From contig VFJW01000014.1 of NCBI GenBank assembly GCA_009885845.1, positions 1,175 through 65,174 of the forward strand: 64,000 nucleotides of DNA, in the 5' to 3' direction. Below, piece by piece: positions 17,724 through 26,675 of the stretch. Under the pieces are notes generated by a model. It was given only the letters and a program-made list of their open reading frames with translations, had not been told where the DNA came from and ran no database searches. The first letter of the stretch is position 1. Each line of letters starts with the position of its first letter. Position numbers and translations under genes: made by a program. This DNA comes from Geobacter sp. GTDB taxonomy: Bacteria > Desulfobacterota > Desulfuromonadia > Geobacterales > Pseudopelobacteraceae.

Positions 17724-18530
17724 ATGCGTAAAAATCTTATAGCCGTTTTTCTTATGATCCTGGCAAGTGCAGGGGTGGTGTCGGCGGAAGAACCGTACCG
17801 CGAAATCCAGGATAACTCCTTTATGCTGGAAGAGGCCTATAACCAGGAAGATGGCGTAATTCAGGAGATTCAGACCTTCCAGTATATGAAAGGTGATACC
17901 TGGGCTTATTCCTTCACTCAGGAATGGCCGGTTCCCACTCAGGCACACCAGTTTTCCTACACCATTCCGCTGGAAAAACTCGGCAGGGACGAGGGGCGGC
18001 ATACCGGACTCGGCGATATTGCGTTGAATTACCGCTACCAACTGTTTTTCAAGGAAGGCGTCATGGCTGTCTCTCCGCGCTTTTCGCTGATTCTACCAAC
18101 GGGTGATGAGAAGAAGGGACTGGGCAATGGCACGGCTGGATATCAGGTCAATCTGCCGGTCAGCCTAAGATTGAACGAACGCTTTGTCACCCACTGGAAC
18201 ATGGGAATGACCTTCACACCCAATGCTAAGGAACCTGGCGGAGAAAAGGCAGATACCTTCAACACCAACTACGGCATGAGCCTGGTCTATCTTGTCAACC
18301 GCAATCTGAACGCACTGGTGGAGTTTGTTGGCACATCAGAGCAATCGGTAGTATCCAACGGGGTGACTGAAAACAGTAATTCATTCATTATCAATCCGGG
18401 ACTGCGCTACGCGATTGATCTCAAAAATCTTCAGATAGTGCCGGGCATCTCCATGCCGATCGGTGTCGGCCCCTCAAAAGGTAAATATGGAGTATTGGCA
18501 TATCTTTCTTTTGAGCATAAGCTGTTTTAA
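17724..18530 (+). CDS. Outer-membrane beta-barrel protein (MetA-pathway/transporter-like family)
   Basis: GGAGG-rich SD, signal peptide ending VSA-EE, alternating beta-strand pattern, and a C-terminal ...SFEHKLF with terminal Phe as in OMPs. Confidence 0.75.
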   Translation: MRKNLIAVFLMILASAGVVSAEEPYREIQDNSFMLEEAYNQEDGVIQEIQTFQYMKGDTWAYSFTQEWPVPTQAHQFSYTIPLEKLGRDEGRHTGLGDIALNYRYQLFFKEGVMAVSPRFSLILPTGDEKKGLGNGTAGYQVNLPVSLRLNERFVTHWNMGMTFTPNAKEPGGEKADTFNTNYGMSLVYLVNRNLNALVEFVGTSEQSVVSNGVTENSNSFIINPGLRYAIDLKNLQIVPGISMPIGVGPSKGKYGVLAYLSFEHKLF

Positions 18531-18537
18531 TTGCAGC

Positions 18538-18572
18538 AACGGGAGGCCTTGCAAGGCCTCCCGTTATTTTTT
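18538..18572 (+). terminator. Rho-independent terminator
   Basis: AACGGGAGGCC-ttgcaa-GGCCTCCCGTT followed by ATTTTTT. Confidence 0.75.
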
Positions 18573-18657
18573 CTGACACAGTACTGTAAACCGGTTCTAT
18601 GTCAGCCGGTTTGTTTTACTCTACCTTCCGCACTGCTAATTTCAAATAGATTTTCTT

Positions 18658-18753
18658 TCACTTTTTCTCAAATGGTTTACCAAATTTCAAGCACAGCGAC
18701 GGTAGCACCACCGTGTTAAGCAGGGTGGAGGAAAGCACCCCCCCAAGGATAAA
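18658..18753 (-). pseudogene. Relic 3' end (31 codons plus stop) of a second CusA/CzcA-like RND gene
   Basis: Translates to FILGGVLSSTLLNTVVLPSLCLKFGKPFEKK*, compared with the RND-1 C-terminus IVILGGLLSSTLLNMVVLPSLYLKFGKEPQK*. The DNA aligns with 5720..5800 at roughly 85 percent by eye. It begins in frame at the codon after the RND-2 TAA. Confidence 0.65.
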
Positions 18754-21700
18754 TTACATTTCCTCATCTTCTTTCCTCTTTTCAAACCAGCTGTAAACGG
18801 AAGGAATGATTAACAACGTCAACAACGTTGACGTAATTAATCCCCCTACTACAACAGTTGCCAGCGGTTTTTGAATTTCTGACCCCGCTCCTCCGGCAAG
18901 CAGCATCGGCATCAAGCTGAAAATTGAAATTGATGCGGTCATCAAAACCGGGCGCAAACGGTCAAGACTTCCCTTCCTGATCGCCTCCTGTAGCTCAAAA
19001 CCCTCTTCACGCAGTTGTGAAATGCGCGACACCAGCACTAATCCGTTTAAAACGGCGACACCAAAGAGGACTACAAATCCCACCGATGCCGGAACAGACA
19101 GATACTGTCCCGAGATAAACAGGGCAAAGACTCCGCCGATCAAGGCAAACGGCAGGTTGGAAATCACCAGTAGCGCCAGGCGGATCGACCGGAATGTGAC
19201 ATAGAGGAGCAACAGGATCAAGCCGATGGCCACCGGCCCGATGATCATCAACTTGTTCATCGCCCGCTGCTGGTTCTCAAACTGCCCCCCCCAGGTGAGA
19301 TAATAACCGGCCGGCAGTTTGACCTGTTCCTTGATCTTCTGCTTTGCTTCAGCAACAAAGCTGCCGATATCCCTGCCGGTGATATTCATCTCGACACCGA
19401 TTCTTCTCACCCCGTCCTGGCGACTGATCTGTGCCGGCCCTTCAACCATTTTCACGTCCGCCAGCTGTTCGAGCGGAACATTCATCCCGGTTTTGGTAGT
19501 AATCAGCAGATTTTTGATCGCTTCCAGAGAATTCCGTTTTTCTTCCGGCAAACGCACGGTTATATCGAAGCTGCGGTTTTCCTCGTACAACTTCGATGCC
19601 GCTTTACCGGCGACTGCTATCTCAATTACCTTCTGCACATCGCTGATATTCAAACCATACCGGGCAATTTTCGACCGGTCGATGTTAACAGTCAGATATG
19701 GCTGCCCCGTAACCTTTTCCGCAACAAGATCAGTCCCTCCCTTTAACGTGGACAGCACCTTGGCAATCTGAGCCGATTTTGCAGTCAGCACATCGATATC
19801 ATCACCAAACAGCTTGACAATCAGCTGTGCGCGGGTTCCGGCCACCAGTTCATCAATGCGGCACTGGATCGGCTGGCTGAAACCGAAGTTTATGCCCGCC
19901 ACCGACTCCAGGGACTTACGCATCTCATTGGTCAACTCTTCCTTGGATATATCACGCTTCCATTCGCTCTTCGGCTTGAAAACCCCAACATAACCTGTTT
20001 TGTCGGAGCCCCTGGTATCCAGAGCAACACCGGTTTGCCCGGTTCGTCCCACGATAGTATCCAGCTCGTCAAACTTTTTCAGCTTTGCCGCGGCCAGTTG
20101 ATTCACCTCCATCGCCTTGGCCAGGGAGACGCCGGGAAGCATGGCGATATCCATGTCAAACGAGCCTTCATCCATGACCGGAATGAATTCCGTTCCCAAG
20201 CGTGTCACCAGAAAGATCGAGGCAACCAGGAGAATTCCGGCAACGCTCAATACCACGCGCTTCGTGTTCATGACATACTCGAGGAGCGGCAGGTAAAGCC
20301 TGCTTGCATGCTTCATGATGAAGCTCTCTTTTTCCGGGTGGGGCTTCAGGAAGAGGATGCAGAGCACTGGAATAACAAAAACCGAAAGGAACAACGAGGC
20401 GAGCAACGCTATTGCTACAGTTATGGCCAGCGGGCTGAACATCTTCCCTTCGATACCTTCCAGGGAGAGAATAGGAATAAAGGTAAGCGCAATGATCAGC
20501 TCGCCGAAGATGCTCGGCTTTCGTACCTCCATGACCGCTTTCAGCACGGTCAATAATTTGGGGTGTTTCCCCCCCTCTTCGCTTAAGTGCCGCTGGACGT
20601 TTTCCACCTGAATAATGGTGGTGTCAATGATCATGCCGATGGAAATAGCCAGACCACCGAGGGACATCAGGTTTGCGGTTATGCCGGAAAGTTTCATGAC
20701 AATGAATGTCGCCAGTAGCGATAGCGGCAGGGCGATGAGTACCACAAGACTGCCCCGGAAACTGTTCAGGAGCAGATACAGCACGATCAGCACCAGAATG
20801 GAGCCTTCCAGCAGCGCCCTGTTGACCGTACTGACGCTCGCCTTCACGATGTCGCTGCGATCGTAATAGGGAACGAGCTTGATCCCTTCGGGCAGGACAT
20901 TATTTTCATTCATCTCCCTGACCTTGACCGCAACCCGGCGCACAACATCACGGCTGTTTTCGCCGCGCAACATCATGACGATGCCGCCTACACACTCATC
21001 CTTGCCATCCTTCATAGCGGCGCCCATGCGCACCGCTTCGCCGACCTTGACCTGTGCCACGTCCCGGATATACGTGGGAGTACCGCCCTGGGATTTCAGG
21101 ACGATGGTTTCAATGTCGCTGACATCTTTTATCAAACCGACTCCGCGGACGATGTACTGGTCTGTACCCCGTTCGAGGAGGTTCCCGCCGACGTTTTCAT
21201 TGTTGCTGCCGATGGCGGAATAGACATCGTCAACAGTTATGGCGTATTTCACCAGCTTTTCCGGCGCTACAATTACCTGATACTGCTTGAAATAGCCGCC
21301 AAAGGAGTTGATCTCGTTTACCCCTGCAACAGATTTCAGCTGCGGGGTAATGATCCACTCCTGAATGGTTCTCAGGTTTGTCAGGTAGGCAATTTTCTGC
21401 TGCGGGTCATCCGGCATTTTTCCTTCGAGGGTATATTGGTAGATTTCCCCCATGGCCGTGCCGATTGGCCCCATGGCGACCGCAACCCCCCTGGGCACTT
21501 TTTCCCGTGCCTCCGCCAGTCGTTCGAACACCAGCTGCCGGGCGAAATAAATATCCACACTGTCCTTAAAGACAATAGTGATAATCGACAGGCCGAATTT
21601 TGTAACCGAACGCATCTGTTCGATATCGGGCAGGCCGCGCATGGACATTTCAATCGGATAGGTTACGTTTCGCTCTATCTCTATTGCCGACAGACCATCG

Positions 21701-21858
21701 GCGTGACTGACAATTTCAACCTGAATATTTGTGACATCCGGAAAGGCATCAATCGGCAACTTCAGATAGGAGTACGATCCGAATGCTATAATCAGCAGCG
21801 CAAGGAATATGACCATACCTTTCTGCCGCAACGTATAGGCAATCAATTTCTCCAGCAT
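18754..21858 (-). CDS. CusA/CzcA family heavy-metal efflux RND transporter (RND-2)
   Basis: 1034 aa with HME-RND topology. Conserved segments include SIGMIIDTTIIQVENV and GGLITSTLLTLLIIPSVY. Confidence 0.95.
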   Translation of the reverse strand: MLEKLIAYTLRQKGMVIFLALLIIAFGSYSYLKLPIDAFPDVTNIQVEIVSHADGLSAIEIERNVTYPIEMSMRGLPDIEQMRSVTKFGLSIITIVFKDSVDIYFARQLVFERLAEAREKVPRGVAVAMGPIGTAMGEIYQYTLEGKMPDDPQQKIAYLTNLRTIQEWIITPQLKSVAGVNEINSFGGYFKQYQVIVAPEKLVKYAITVDDVYSAIGSNNENVGGNLLERGTDQYIVRGVGLIKDVSDIETIVLKSQGGTPTYIRDVAQVKVGEAVRMGAAMKDGKDECVGGIVMMLRGENSRDVVRRVAVKVREMNENNVLPEGIKLVPYYDRSDIVKASVSTVNRALLEGSILVLIVLYLLLNSFRGSLVVLIALPLSLLATFIVMKLSGITANLMSLGGLAISIGMIIDTTIIQVENVQRHLSEEGGKHPKLLTVLKAVMEVRKPSIFGELIIALTFIPILSLEGIEGKMFSPLAITVAIALLASLFLSVFVIPVLCILFLKPHPEKESFIMKHASRLYLPLLEYVMNTKRVVLSVAGILLVASIFLVTRLGTEFIPVMDEGSFDMDIAMLPGVSLAKAMEVNQLAAAKLKKFDELDTIVGRTGQTGVALDTRGSDKTGYVGVFKPKSEWKRDISKEELTNEMRKSLESVAGINFGFSQPIQCRIDELVAGTRAQLIVKLFGDDIDVLTAKSAQIAKVLSTLKGGTDLVAEKVTGQPYLTVNIDRSKIARYGLNISDVQKVIEIAVAGKAASKLYEENRSFDITVRLPEEKRNSLEAIKNLLITTKTGMNVPLEQLADVKMVEGPAQISRQDGVRRIGVEMNITGRDIGSFVAEAKQKIKEQVKLPAGYYLTWGGQFENQQRAMNKLMIIGPVAIGLILLLLYVTFRSIRLALLVISNLPFALIGGVFALFISGQYLSVPASVGFVVLFGVAVLNGLVLVSRISQLREEGFELQEAIRKGSLDRLRPVLMTASISIFSLMPMLLAGGAGSEIQKPLATVVVGGLITSTLLTLLIIPSVYSWFEKRKEDEEM

Positions 21859-21879
21859 TTTTATCTCCTGTTATGTTTC

Positions 21880-21938
21880 GTAGGGGCGCTGCTTGCCGCG
21901 CCCGACTTTCAATCGTGGCGCGGCAGGCAACACCCTAC
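21880..21938. repeat. Long imperfect inverted repeat (stem-loop) in the MFP-RND-2 intergenic gap
   Basis: GTAGGG..GCTTGCCGCGCC-14 nt-GGCGCGGCAGGC..CCCTAC. The inner 12-bp arm has one mismatch, and there is an outer 6-bp arm. Confidence 0.7.
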
Positions 21939-21941
21939 AGA

Positions 21942-23237
21942 TTATTTTCCATGACCATGTTCGTCAACAACTTCGCCCTTCTTCAGTTCCGACTTGAGAA
22001 TGAACGCTCCCTTGACTGCATAGCGTTCCCCCTCTTTCAGTCCGGAAACAATCTCGATCATGCCGCCTGCCAACCGGCCGGCCTGAACCAGGCGAGCCCC
22101 GAATTCAGCGTCATTTTCCGCCACGAAGACTACTTTTTTCCCATCCAGATCCTGCAGGGCATCTTCGGGAATAGCCAGCACCGGCGGTGCATCAGCAGCC
22201 AATGCAAGTTCGACAGTGGCGAACATCTCCGGTTTCAACTTCCGGCCAGGATTGGCAACCTCGATCCGCGCCTTTACCGTGCGTGTCGCCCCATCAACAA
22301 GATCGGCGATATAGGTGATGCGTCCTTTCAGTTTCAGTTCCGGGAAGGCGCTGACCATGACGGTTGCTGCCTGCCCCTTGCGCACTTTGGCCAGGTCCTT
22401 TTCGTGGATGTCCACCATCACCCAGACGTTGGAAAGATCAGCCACTGTGTAGAGACTTTTGGAAGGATCGGAGAGTTCACCGACTATCGCGTGCTTCTCG
22501 GTAATAATGCCGCCAATGGGAGAGCGAACCAGCAGAAGCGGCTTCTTGTGCCCTTCGCCTTGCAGTTCTGAGATTGAGACACCGTACAGGGAGAGCCGCT
22601 CTTCATCGGTATGAAGTTCAGTCTGGGCTGTCTTGTAGTCGGTCTCCGCCTGGAGAATATCCTTGCGGGCGGCAATCTTCTTCTCCACCAGAATTTTAAT
22701 CCGGTCCATACTGGACTGGGCCAGAGCCAGCTTGGTCTTTGACTGATGATAGCGATTGAGCGCTTCGCCAAGTTCGACGCTGTCCAGTGTTACCAGTGCC
22801 TGTCCGGCGGCGACGCTGTCACCCAGGGAGGCGCGTACGGCAACGATCTTGCCGCTGATGCGCGGCGAGACATGGGCGATGCGGTCGGCGTTGGCTTCCA
22901 CCTTGCCGGTGGCACTGATGATACCTGCTAAACGCTGCTTTTTAGCCGCAGTGACAACCACGCCGTTCTGCTTCTGAATTTCGGCGGCCATTTTTACGCT
23001 GCCTACCTCGCCGCCGTGCTCGTCGTGGCCTCCCTTCTCTTCCTTATGACCTTTTTTGCCTTCTTCATGGTCACCGGCTTTTTCTTTTTCATGGGCACCC
23101 GCTTTTTCATCCTTATGACCGTCTTCCTTGTGTCCGGCATGCTCGTCGCCGCTTTTCAGACTGGTGGACCAATAGAGAAAACCGCCCCCAAGGGCAACGG
23201 CCAGAATGAGTCCGATAATGATTGCTTTTTTCTTCAC
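21942..23237 (-). CDS. Efflux RND periplasmic adaptor (CzcB-like) with His/Lys/Glu-rich N-terminal region
   Basis: GTG start overlaps the OMF stop (GTGA), with GGAGG upstream. HlyD/MFP core. Residues ~28-80 read GDEHAGHKEDGHKDEKAGAHEKEKAGDHEEGKKGHKEEKGGHDEHGG. Confidence 0.9.
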   Translation of the reverse strand: MKKKAIIIGLILAVALGGGFLYWSTSLKSGDEHAGHKEDGHKDEKAGAHEKEKAGDHEEGKKGHKEEKGGHDEHGGEVGSVKMAAEIQKQNGVVVTAAKKQRLAGIISATGKVEANADRIAHVSPRISGKIVAVRASLGDSVAAGQALVTLDSVELGEALNRYHQSKTKLALAQSSMDRIKILVEKKIAARKDILQAETDYKTAQTELHTDEERLSLYGVSISELQGEGHKKPLLLVRSPIGGIITEKHAIVGELSDPSKSLYTVADLSNVWVMVDIHEKDLAKVRKGQAATVMVSAFPELKLKGRITYIADLVDGATRTVKARIEVANPGRKLKPEMFATVELALAADAPPVLAIPEDALQDLDGKKVVFVAENDAEFGARLVQAGRLAGGMIEIVSGLKEGERYAVKGAFILKSELKKGEVVDEHGHGK

Positions 23238-24532
23238 TGCACACCTCCGCTAAGTTCTGTTGCTATTGCTGATTCAAGTTTGACGATCGCCGACTGTCGT
23301 TCATGCAACGCCGATAGAAAACCTTCGTTGATATCGAAGAATTTCTTCTGTTCCTGAATGACAGCCAGAATACCGACCTCACCGAGACGATATGCTTCCT
23401 GAGTCAGTTTCAGGTTTTCTTCAAGCTGGGGAATAATGTTGATCTTGTACAAGGAAAGGATTTTTTCACTGTTCAGGTAATTTCCATAGGCTGTTTCAAC
23501 TTGCCGTTCAATATTCCGCCTGACTGCCAGCAAACGGCTTTCACTGCTGTTCTTTTTGGCTCTGGCTTCCTGTACGCCTGCCTGGTTTCTGTCAAAGAGG
23601 GGAATCGGCATTGAAAGCCGGATGCCAAACAGATTATCACGGACTTTTTCTTCCCCGGTCCCGGTTGCATCGGTTCTTCGATCATGCGAATAGAATATCC
23701 CGGCCGTGAGGTTGGGAATTTTTTCGGCCTCCGCAAGAACGATGTCAGCGTCACCTCTCCCTTTTTCAGCCTCCAGCGCCTTCACATCGGGGCGGAGACC
23801 AAGCGCAAGCTGCTTCAGATCGACCAGTGACTTTGTCATAATTGTTTCAGCATCCAGATTGCCGGTTATCTCAGGTGCTTCACCGGTCGGAAGCCCCATT
23901 AACGTCCATAGCTTTAACTGATTCTGATTCAGTGCTTTTGCAACATCTATTTTAGAGCCTTCGCTTCGTGCCAGTTCCACCTTGACCATGTTCATTTCCA
24001 GTTCAGGAATATCCCCTGCCGCCAGGCGTTCTTTGGTCACGTCGAGTAACTGACGGTTGAGATCGATAGCGCGGTCCGATAGCTCAATCCTTTTATTGGT
24101 GAGAATGGCATCATAGAATGCCGTTTTCACCTCTTCGCGGATCACTCGCTCCCGGTCCGCCAGTTGCCAACGGTAGATCTCCAGTTCACGTTCTGCGATA
24201 TTCAGTCGCTTGTCCCGCTTCCCCGTCAGAGAAAATTCCTGAGAGATCCCGAGAGTCACATTATTCTCGGTGCTGTTGCCGGTCAAGGCACCTGTGCCTG
24301 CTTCAAAATCAAGCGTCGGGTTCAGCAGGAGTCCTGCGCGGATTTTACCGGCATCACGGAGACCTTTTTCTTCACGAAATGATGCGAGGTCGCCGTTATT
24401 CTGTAACGAAAATGCAACTACCTGCGGCAGCGCCAGCTTTTGTGTCTCTGCGAACACCGGTGTTGACGATAAAACCGATACGATTCCAGGCACCAGGAGC
24501 AAAACTCCCCGTACTAATACAGTAGTTCCCAA
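23234..24532 (-). CDS. TolC family outer-membrane efflux protein (CzcC-like OMF)
   Basis: 432 aa with a signal peptide and two OEP repeats with long coiled-coil segments. TTG start with AAGGAGG 7 nt upstream. Confidence 0.9.
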   Translation of the reverse strand: MGTTVLVRGVLLLVPGIVSVLSSTPVFAETQKLALPQVVAFSLQNNGDLASFREEKGLRDAGKIRAGLLLNPTLDFEAGTGALTGNSTENNVTLGISQEFSLTGKRDKRLNIAERELEIYRWQLADRERVIREEVKTAFYDAILTNKRIELSDRAIDLNRQLLDVTKERLAAGDIPELEMNMVKVELARSEGSKIDVAKALNQNQLKLWTLMGLPTGEAPEITGNLDAETIMTKSLVDLKQLALGLRPDVKALEAEKGRGDADIVLAEAEKIPNLTAGIFYSHDRRTDATGTGEEKVRDNLFGIRLSMPIPLFDRNQAGVQEARAKKNSSESRLLAVRRNIERQVETAYGNYLNSEKILSLYKINIIPQLEENLKLTQEAYRLGEVGILAVIQEQKKFFDINEGFLSALHERQSAIVKLESAIATELSGGVQ

Positions 24533-24652
24533 AGGAAATACCTCCTTTATGCAGTTTTAAGTGACGTGAGGTTAAACAGTTGCGGGCGCACCACGGCGAG
24601 GAGAGAAGAACAGCTGCCCTGAATCAGGACAAACTACTCCCGGCGGGGTGTT

Positions 24653-25018
24653 TCAGGCTTGTTTTTGCGGGGGAATAAACTTGGAAAGGTAGACTTCCGG
24701 TAAGAACCTGAAAGGATCAGACGTGCTTAAATCGTCTACAACGGGATTATAGCTGAGCTGCAAAGGTTGGACGGTCAGAGGTGCATGACACGCGCAGTTG
24801 ACACAGGTATCACAGCAATCGAAATCTTTGTGCTGCTCGAGTGGACCACAAGGGCACTGGTGAGGAGCGGAGATTTCAACATACAAATCCCGATCGGCAG
24901 CCGCTGCCACGTGACTTTGCATGGCATGGGCACTTTCGTGTACGCCATTGATCGTCACGGTCAGCATGACCAGAAGGATCAGTCGGGAAAAGAATTTGAG
25001 AGGGATTAATGTTCGCAT
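24653..25018 (-). CDS. Small secreted Cys/His-rich protein, exporter-operon leader gene (family copy 2)
   Basis: ATG at 25018, N-terminal hydrophobic segment, HQCPCGPLEQHKDFDCCDTCVNCACH, and the C-terminal tail FLPEVYLSKFIPPQKQA. Confidence 0.7.
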   Translation of the reverse strand: MRTLIPLKFFSRLILLVMLTVTINGVHESAHAMQSHVAAAADRDLYVEISAPHQCPCGPLEQHKDFDCCDTCVNCACHAPLTVQPLQLSYNPVVDDLSTSDPFRFLPEVYLSKFIPPQKQA

Positions 25019-25056
25019 GAATTATTTTGAGATGATGGCTAACTTTTCTCAAACTG

Positions 25057-25779
25057 TCAAGAATCTATTTGAGAATCCAGCCGTCTCGATCTGATCAACA
25101 CAAGCAGCACGTTCCCAACCGTAAACAGCAGAGCTCCGGCCAGTGCCATGGCGGCACCCGGTTCCCGATGAATCTCAATGAGTGCACGCTTGAACGGATA
25201 CGCTTCCGCCTGTTTGATATACACCCCGAAACCGTTGACGAACCAGGGGTGGTTGGGTGAGATGATAATCCGTTCAGCAGGTCTGTTCGGGTCAGGCGCC
25301 AGTTCGCTGCTGAAGCCGACCGGAATTCCTTGCGGGGAGGTACTGACAGCAATCGAGGCGATGCCGAACCGTGTGCCGTCCGGCAGAGTCGCGAGCGTCA
25401 TTTCCCCAACCTCGACCGCCTGATGCGAAGATCCGGTGGCACTCAGCAGATGGGCACAAACAATCAGCAAAAACCCGGCATGAATCAACTGCGGAGCGAG
25501 AAGCAAAGTCATCCCCGACTTCCCCCACCGGGACCAGAGCGTTTCTGATGAGCAGAAGACCGTATTCAATGCCAGCAAAGCGAGGAGAGCGAGGGTCACC
25601 CAGAGCCACCAGGAAACGGAGATCTCTGTTTCCCTCAGCCACGCAAACAGCGGCATACTGTTAATTGCAGCGGCATACACTCCGGAAAGGGTTGCAGATC
25701 CGGCCGCCATGAATACGCAGACAAGAGCCAGCAACCCCAGACTGAGTTCAATGGAAATCAGCAGACGCCACAGTTTCAT
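25057..25779 (-). CDS. ResB-like (N-terminal region) integral membrane protein, function unknown
   Basis: The N-terminus MKLWRLLISIELSLGLLALVCVFMAAGS resembles the ResB/Ccs1 N-terminus, but the protein is only 240 aa. ATGA overlap with the CDF gene. Confidence 0.55.
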   Translation of the reverse strand: MKLWRLLISIELSLGLLALVCVFMAAGSATLSGVYAAAINSMPLFAWLRETEISVSWWLWVTLALLALLALNTVFCSSETLWSRWGKSGMTLLLAPQLIHAGFLLIVCAHLLSATGSSHQAVEVGEMTLATLPDGTRFGIASIAVSTSPQGIPVGFSSELAPDPNRPAERIIISPNHPWFVNGFGVYIKQAEAYPFKRALIEIHREPGAAMALAGALLFTVGNVLLVLIRSRRLDSQIDS

Positions 25780-26675
25780 AATCGGATCAGGTCCTCATGT
25801 TCCTCGTCATGGGGATTGATATGGATCATAACATCACCAACTCCCGGATAGCATTCGAAGATACGTTTTTTTACTGCGGTAGCCACATCATGAGACTGCT
25901 TGACCGTCATATCCGGATCCATTTCCAGTTTCAGGTCAACGATCATATACTGACCTGAACGGCGCGCCCTCATTTCATGAACATGCTCAACATGCGCAAC
26001 ACTTTCTGCAAGCTTCTGCAGTGCATCGATGAAATCAGCCGGGGCTGTCCCGTCCATCAGGTCGTGGACAGCCTCCCTGAACGTCTGATATCCGATATGC
26101 AGAATAAAAAATGATGTCAGACCGGCCGCCAATGGATCCATGATCCCCCAGCCGAAAAAAGCTCCGATAACACCGATCAATGTTGAAACCGAGGTGATGG
26201 CATCTTTGCGATGATCTTTGGCAATTGCCAGCAGTGCCGGGCTTTCAAGTTTTTTACCGGTTCGGGTCGAGAAACGGTAAAGCCACTCTTTTATGGCAAT
26301 CGTCATCGCAGCAGCGACAACTGCAATCCATCCGGGAGATTTAAAATTTCCGCCAATGATACTGGCAACGGAATCGTACAGAATCCAGCCGCCGGAGGCT
26401 GCAATAACCAGTGAAACCAGCAGTGCCGCCAGACTTTCAGCGCGACCATGACCGTACGGATGATTGGCGTCAAATGGCTGGCGACCAAGCTTGAGAGCCA
26501 TCATAGTCGCAAATATTGCAATAAAATCGCACGCACTCTCGATACCATCGGCAAAAACGGCATCAGAATGCCCCCAATAACCGGCGGAAAGTTTCATAAT
26601 CATCAGTACGGCGTTAACCCAGAATCCGATTTTAATAATCCGGTCGGCACTGTCAAATCGCTCATTCCTTTGCAT
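25776..26675 (-). CDS. Cation diffusion facilitator (CDF) family transporter
   Basis: Six TM segments with metal-site DAVFADGIESACD and HPYGHGRAES, plus a C-terminal cytoplasmic domain. Confidence 0.9.
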   Translation of the reverse strand: MQRNERFDSADRIIKIGFWVNAVLMIMKLSAGYWGHSDAVFADGIESACDFIAIFATMMALKLGRQPFDANHPYGHGRAESLAALLVSLVIAASGGWILYDSVASIIGGNFKSPGWIAVVAAAMTIAIKEWLYRFSTRTGKKLESPALLAIAKDHRKDAITSVSTLIGVIGAFFGWGIMDPLAAGLTSFFILHIGYQTFREAVHDLMDGTAPADFIDALQKLAESVAHVEHVHEMRARRSGQYMIVDLKLEMDPDMTVKQSHDVATAVKKRIFECYPGVGDVMIHINPHDEEHEDLIRL

